A stretch of 31,398 nucleotides of DNA from a virus. The stretch lies in IMG/VR virus record IMGVR_UViG_3300029251_000054, positions 1 through 31,398 of that record; one strand, written 5' to 3'. The translations under genes and the position numbers were made by a program. Positions 30,560-31,398 of this stretch are shown one piece after another. Below the pieces are notes generated by a model, which did no database searches, had not been told where the DNA came from, and worked only from the letters and a program-made list of their open reading frames with translations. Position 1 is the first letter of the stretch, and each line of letters starts with the position of its first letter.

Positions 30560-30721
30560 ATGAAATATTGGTTAAAATATGTAATTGCAGTAGTTATTAT
30601 TCTGCTGATATGTTTACTAATCAAAGTAATTCCTTTTTGGATTACTGTAGTATTACTTGTAATAGGTGTGGCTTCACATCTATTTTATAGATATGTTATG
30701 ATTAAAGATATACTTAAATAA
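30560..30721 (+). CDS. Putative holin (53 aa, two TM helices)
   Basis: Translation is MKYWLKYVIAVVIILLICLLIKVIPFWITVVLLVIGVASHLFYRYVMIKDILK. Its TAA overlaps the endolysin ATG (taATG). It is below the track cutoff. Confidence 0.6.
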   Translation: MKYWLKYVIAVVIILLICLLIKVIPFWITVVLLVIGVASHLFYRYVMIKDILK

Positions 30722-31170
30722 TGAAGTATTTCACACTCGAAGAATTAACAAGATCTGATACTGCTTCAATTAAGCATATAAATAACACTCCAGATGAGAG
30801 TATAACAGAGCACCTGATAGAGTTGGTCGAGAAGCTTTTAGACCCAATAAGAGAGAGATGGGCAAAGTATTGTGATGACAATCAGCTTGGCAATGCAGGC
30901 ATCAGGATTTCCTCTGGTTTTAGGAATAAGGAGCTTAATAAAGCAGTAGGAGGATCTTTAACATCTGCACATCTAACAGGGTATGCAGCAGACCTTCAAA
31001 ATGTCTCTGGAAGTAGAGAAGAGTTTTATCAATTCCTATTAAACTTTTTGAAGGATAGAAATTTCGATGAATGTTTTATAGAAAAAAGTAGTACATCTCA
31101 GTGAGTGCATATTGCTTTATATAGTATTAAAGGATTACAACGAAGAAAAGTAGGTAAATTATATGTATAG
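30721..31170 (+). CDS. Endolysin, peptidase M15 (VanY/L-Ala-D-Glu peptidase-like), 149 aa, code 4
   Basis: The motif is SGFR...LN...GG..TSAH-x6-D (SAHLTGYAAD). The track ORF stops at TGA 31102-31104, and the frame continues ..SQ-W-VHIAL.. to TAG 31168-31170. This restores the distal His of the Zn site. Confidence 0.8.
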
Positions 31171-31398
31171 TATATATGTTCATTTAAACAAGATTAACGG
31201 TAAGAAATATATTGGTATTACTTGTAAGAAGCCAGAAATACGATGAGCAAATGGTCTGGGTTATAAAAAACAGCCGTTTTGAAACGCTATAACAAAATAT
31301 GGATGGGATAATTTTGAACATATTATAATTAAAGATAATTTGCCAGAACCTTGTGCCAAGACTTTAGAAAAAATTCTTATTCATAAGTATAATACTAG
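31163..31398 (+). CDS. GIY-YIG homing endonuclease #1, 5' part (continues at position 2 through the circular junction)
   Basis: ATG 31163 overlaps the endolysin 3' end by 8 nt. Translation is MYSIYVHLNKINGKKYIGITCKKPEIR-W-ANGLGYKKQPF-W-NAITKYGWDNFEH.., with TGA at 31244 and 31280. Confidence 0.85.
31300..31397. repeat. Terminal overlap, right copy (identical to 1-98)
   Basis: See the left copy. Confidence 0.95.

Noticed and set aside
1-31398. The many TGA-interrupted ORFs could be read as pseudogenes or a degraded prophage
   Set aside because: The interruptions are exclusively TGA, never TAA or TAG. They occur in essential genes and align with TGG in paralogs, and no gene uses TGA as its terminator. 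Decay would produce mixed stops and frameshifts.
1-31398. TGA as Gly (code 25, SR1/Gracilibacteria) or as selenocysteine
   Set aside because: Four paralog columns and several family-conserved positions (HNH NLE-W-C, GIY-YIG R-W-.NG and KY.-W-D, BACON and DUF1360 Trp) put TGA opposite Trp, not Gly or Cys. With 45 sites and no SECIS-like context, Sec is implausible.
1-31398. CRISPR arrays, integrase/repressor lysogeny module, rRNA or other ncRNA genes
   Set aside because: There are no regularly spaced direct repeats and no tyrosine or serine recombinase-like or CI-like ORF under code 4. The genome appears virulent or at least lacks a recognisable lysogeny module.

Overview
The window is a complete, circularly closed tailed-phage genome. 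Positions 1-98 are identical to 31300-31397, so the unit length is 31,299 bp. It is AT-rich and siphovirus-like. The main result is that the standard-code ORF track is wrong here, because TGA is read as a sense codon, almost certainly Trp (translation table 4). I counted 45 in-frame TGA codons in 22 genes. In every case the frame stays open past the TGA to a TAA or TAG, and none of the ~44 genes ends in TGA. In four paralog columns inside this genome, TGA aligns with TGG. Re-reading with code 4 fuses the fragmented track ORFs into large genes: TerL 6358-7605, a 726-aa tail protein 8999-11179, a 1144-aa tail protein 11182-14616, a 919-aa tape measure 14616-17375 and a 744-aa fibre 21211-23445. 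The genome becomes almost fully coding. Contents are as follows. A minus-strand SF2 helicase operon lies at 490-2647. A plus-strand early region carries a PD-(D/E)XK-like nuclease and a sigma-70-like factor split into two ORFs. TerS and TerL follow, then tail genes and the tape measure. The head module holds an XkdF-like protease, scaffold, major capsid protein and a putative tail tube protein. Duplicated cassettes of BspA/DUF285-type LRR protein, small protein and fibre come next. Portal, connector genes and a lysis cassette (holin plus M15 peptidase) complete the genome. Six free-standing homing endonucleases (3 GIY-YIG, 3 HNH) make up about 11% of the genome. I could not find a suppressor tRNA, release factor or TrpRS gene, so how TGA is decoded is unexplained, and the peptidoglycan endolysin argues against a wall-less host. 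Other notable items are three copies of a 50-nt dyad element at module boundaries, a T9 slippery run that requires a -1 frameshift in gene 7605-8389, and a module order that is scrambled relative to canonical siphoviruses. Functional calls come from motif recognition by eye, since no database search was possible.
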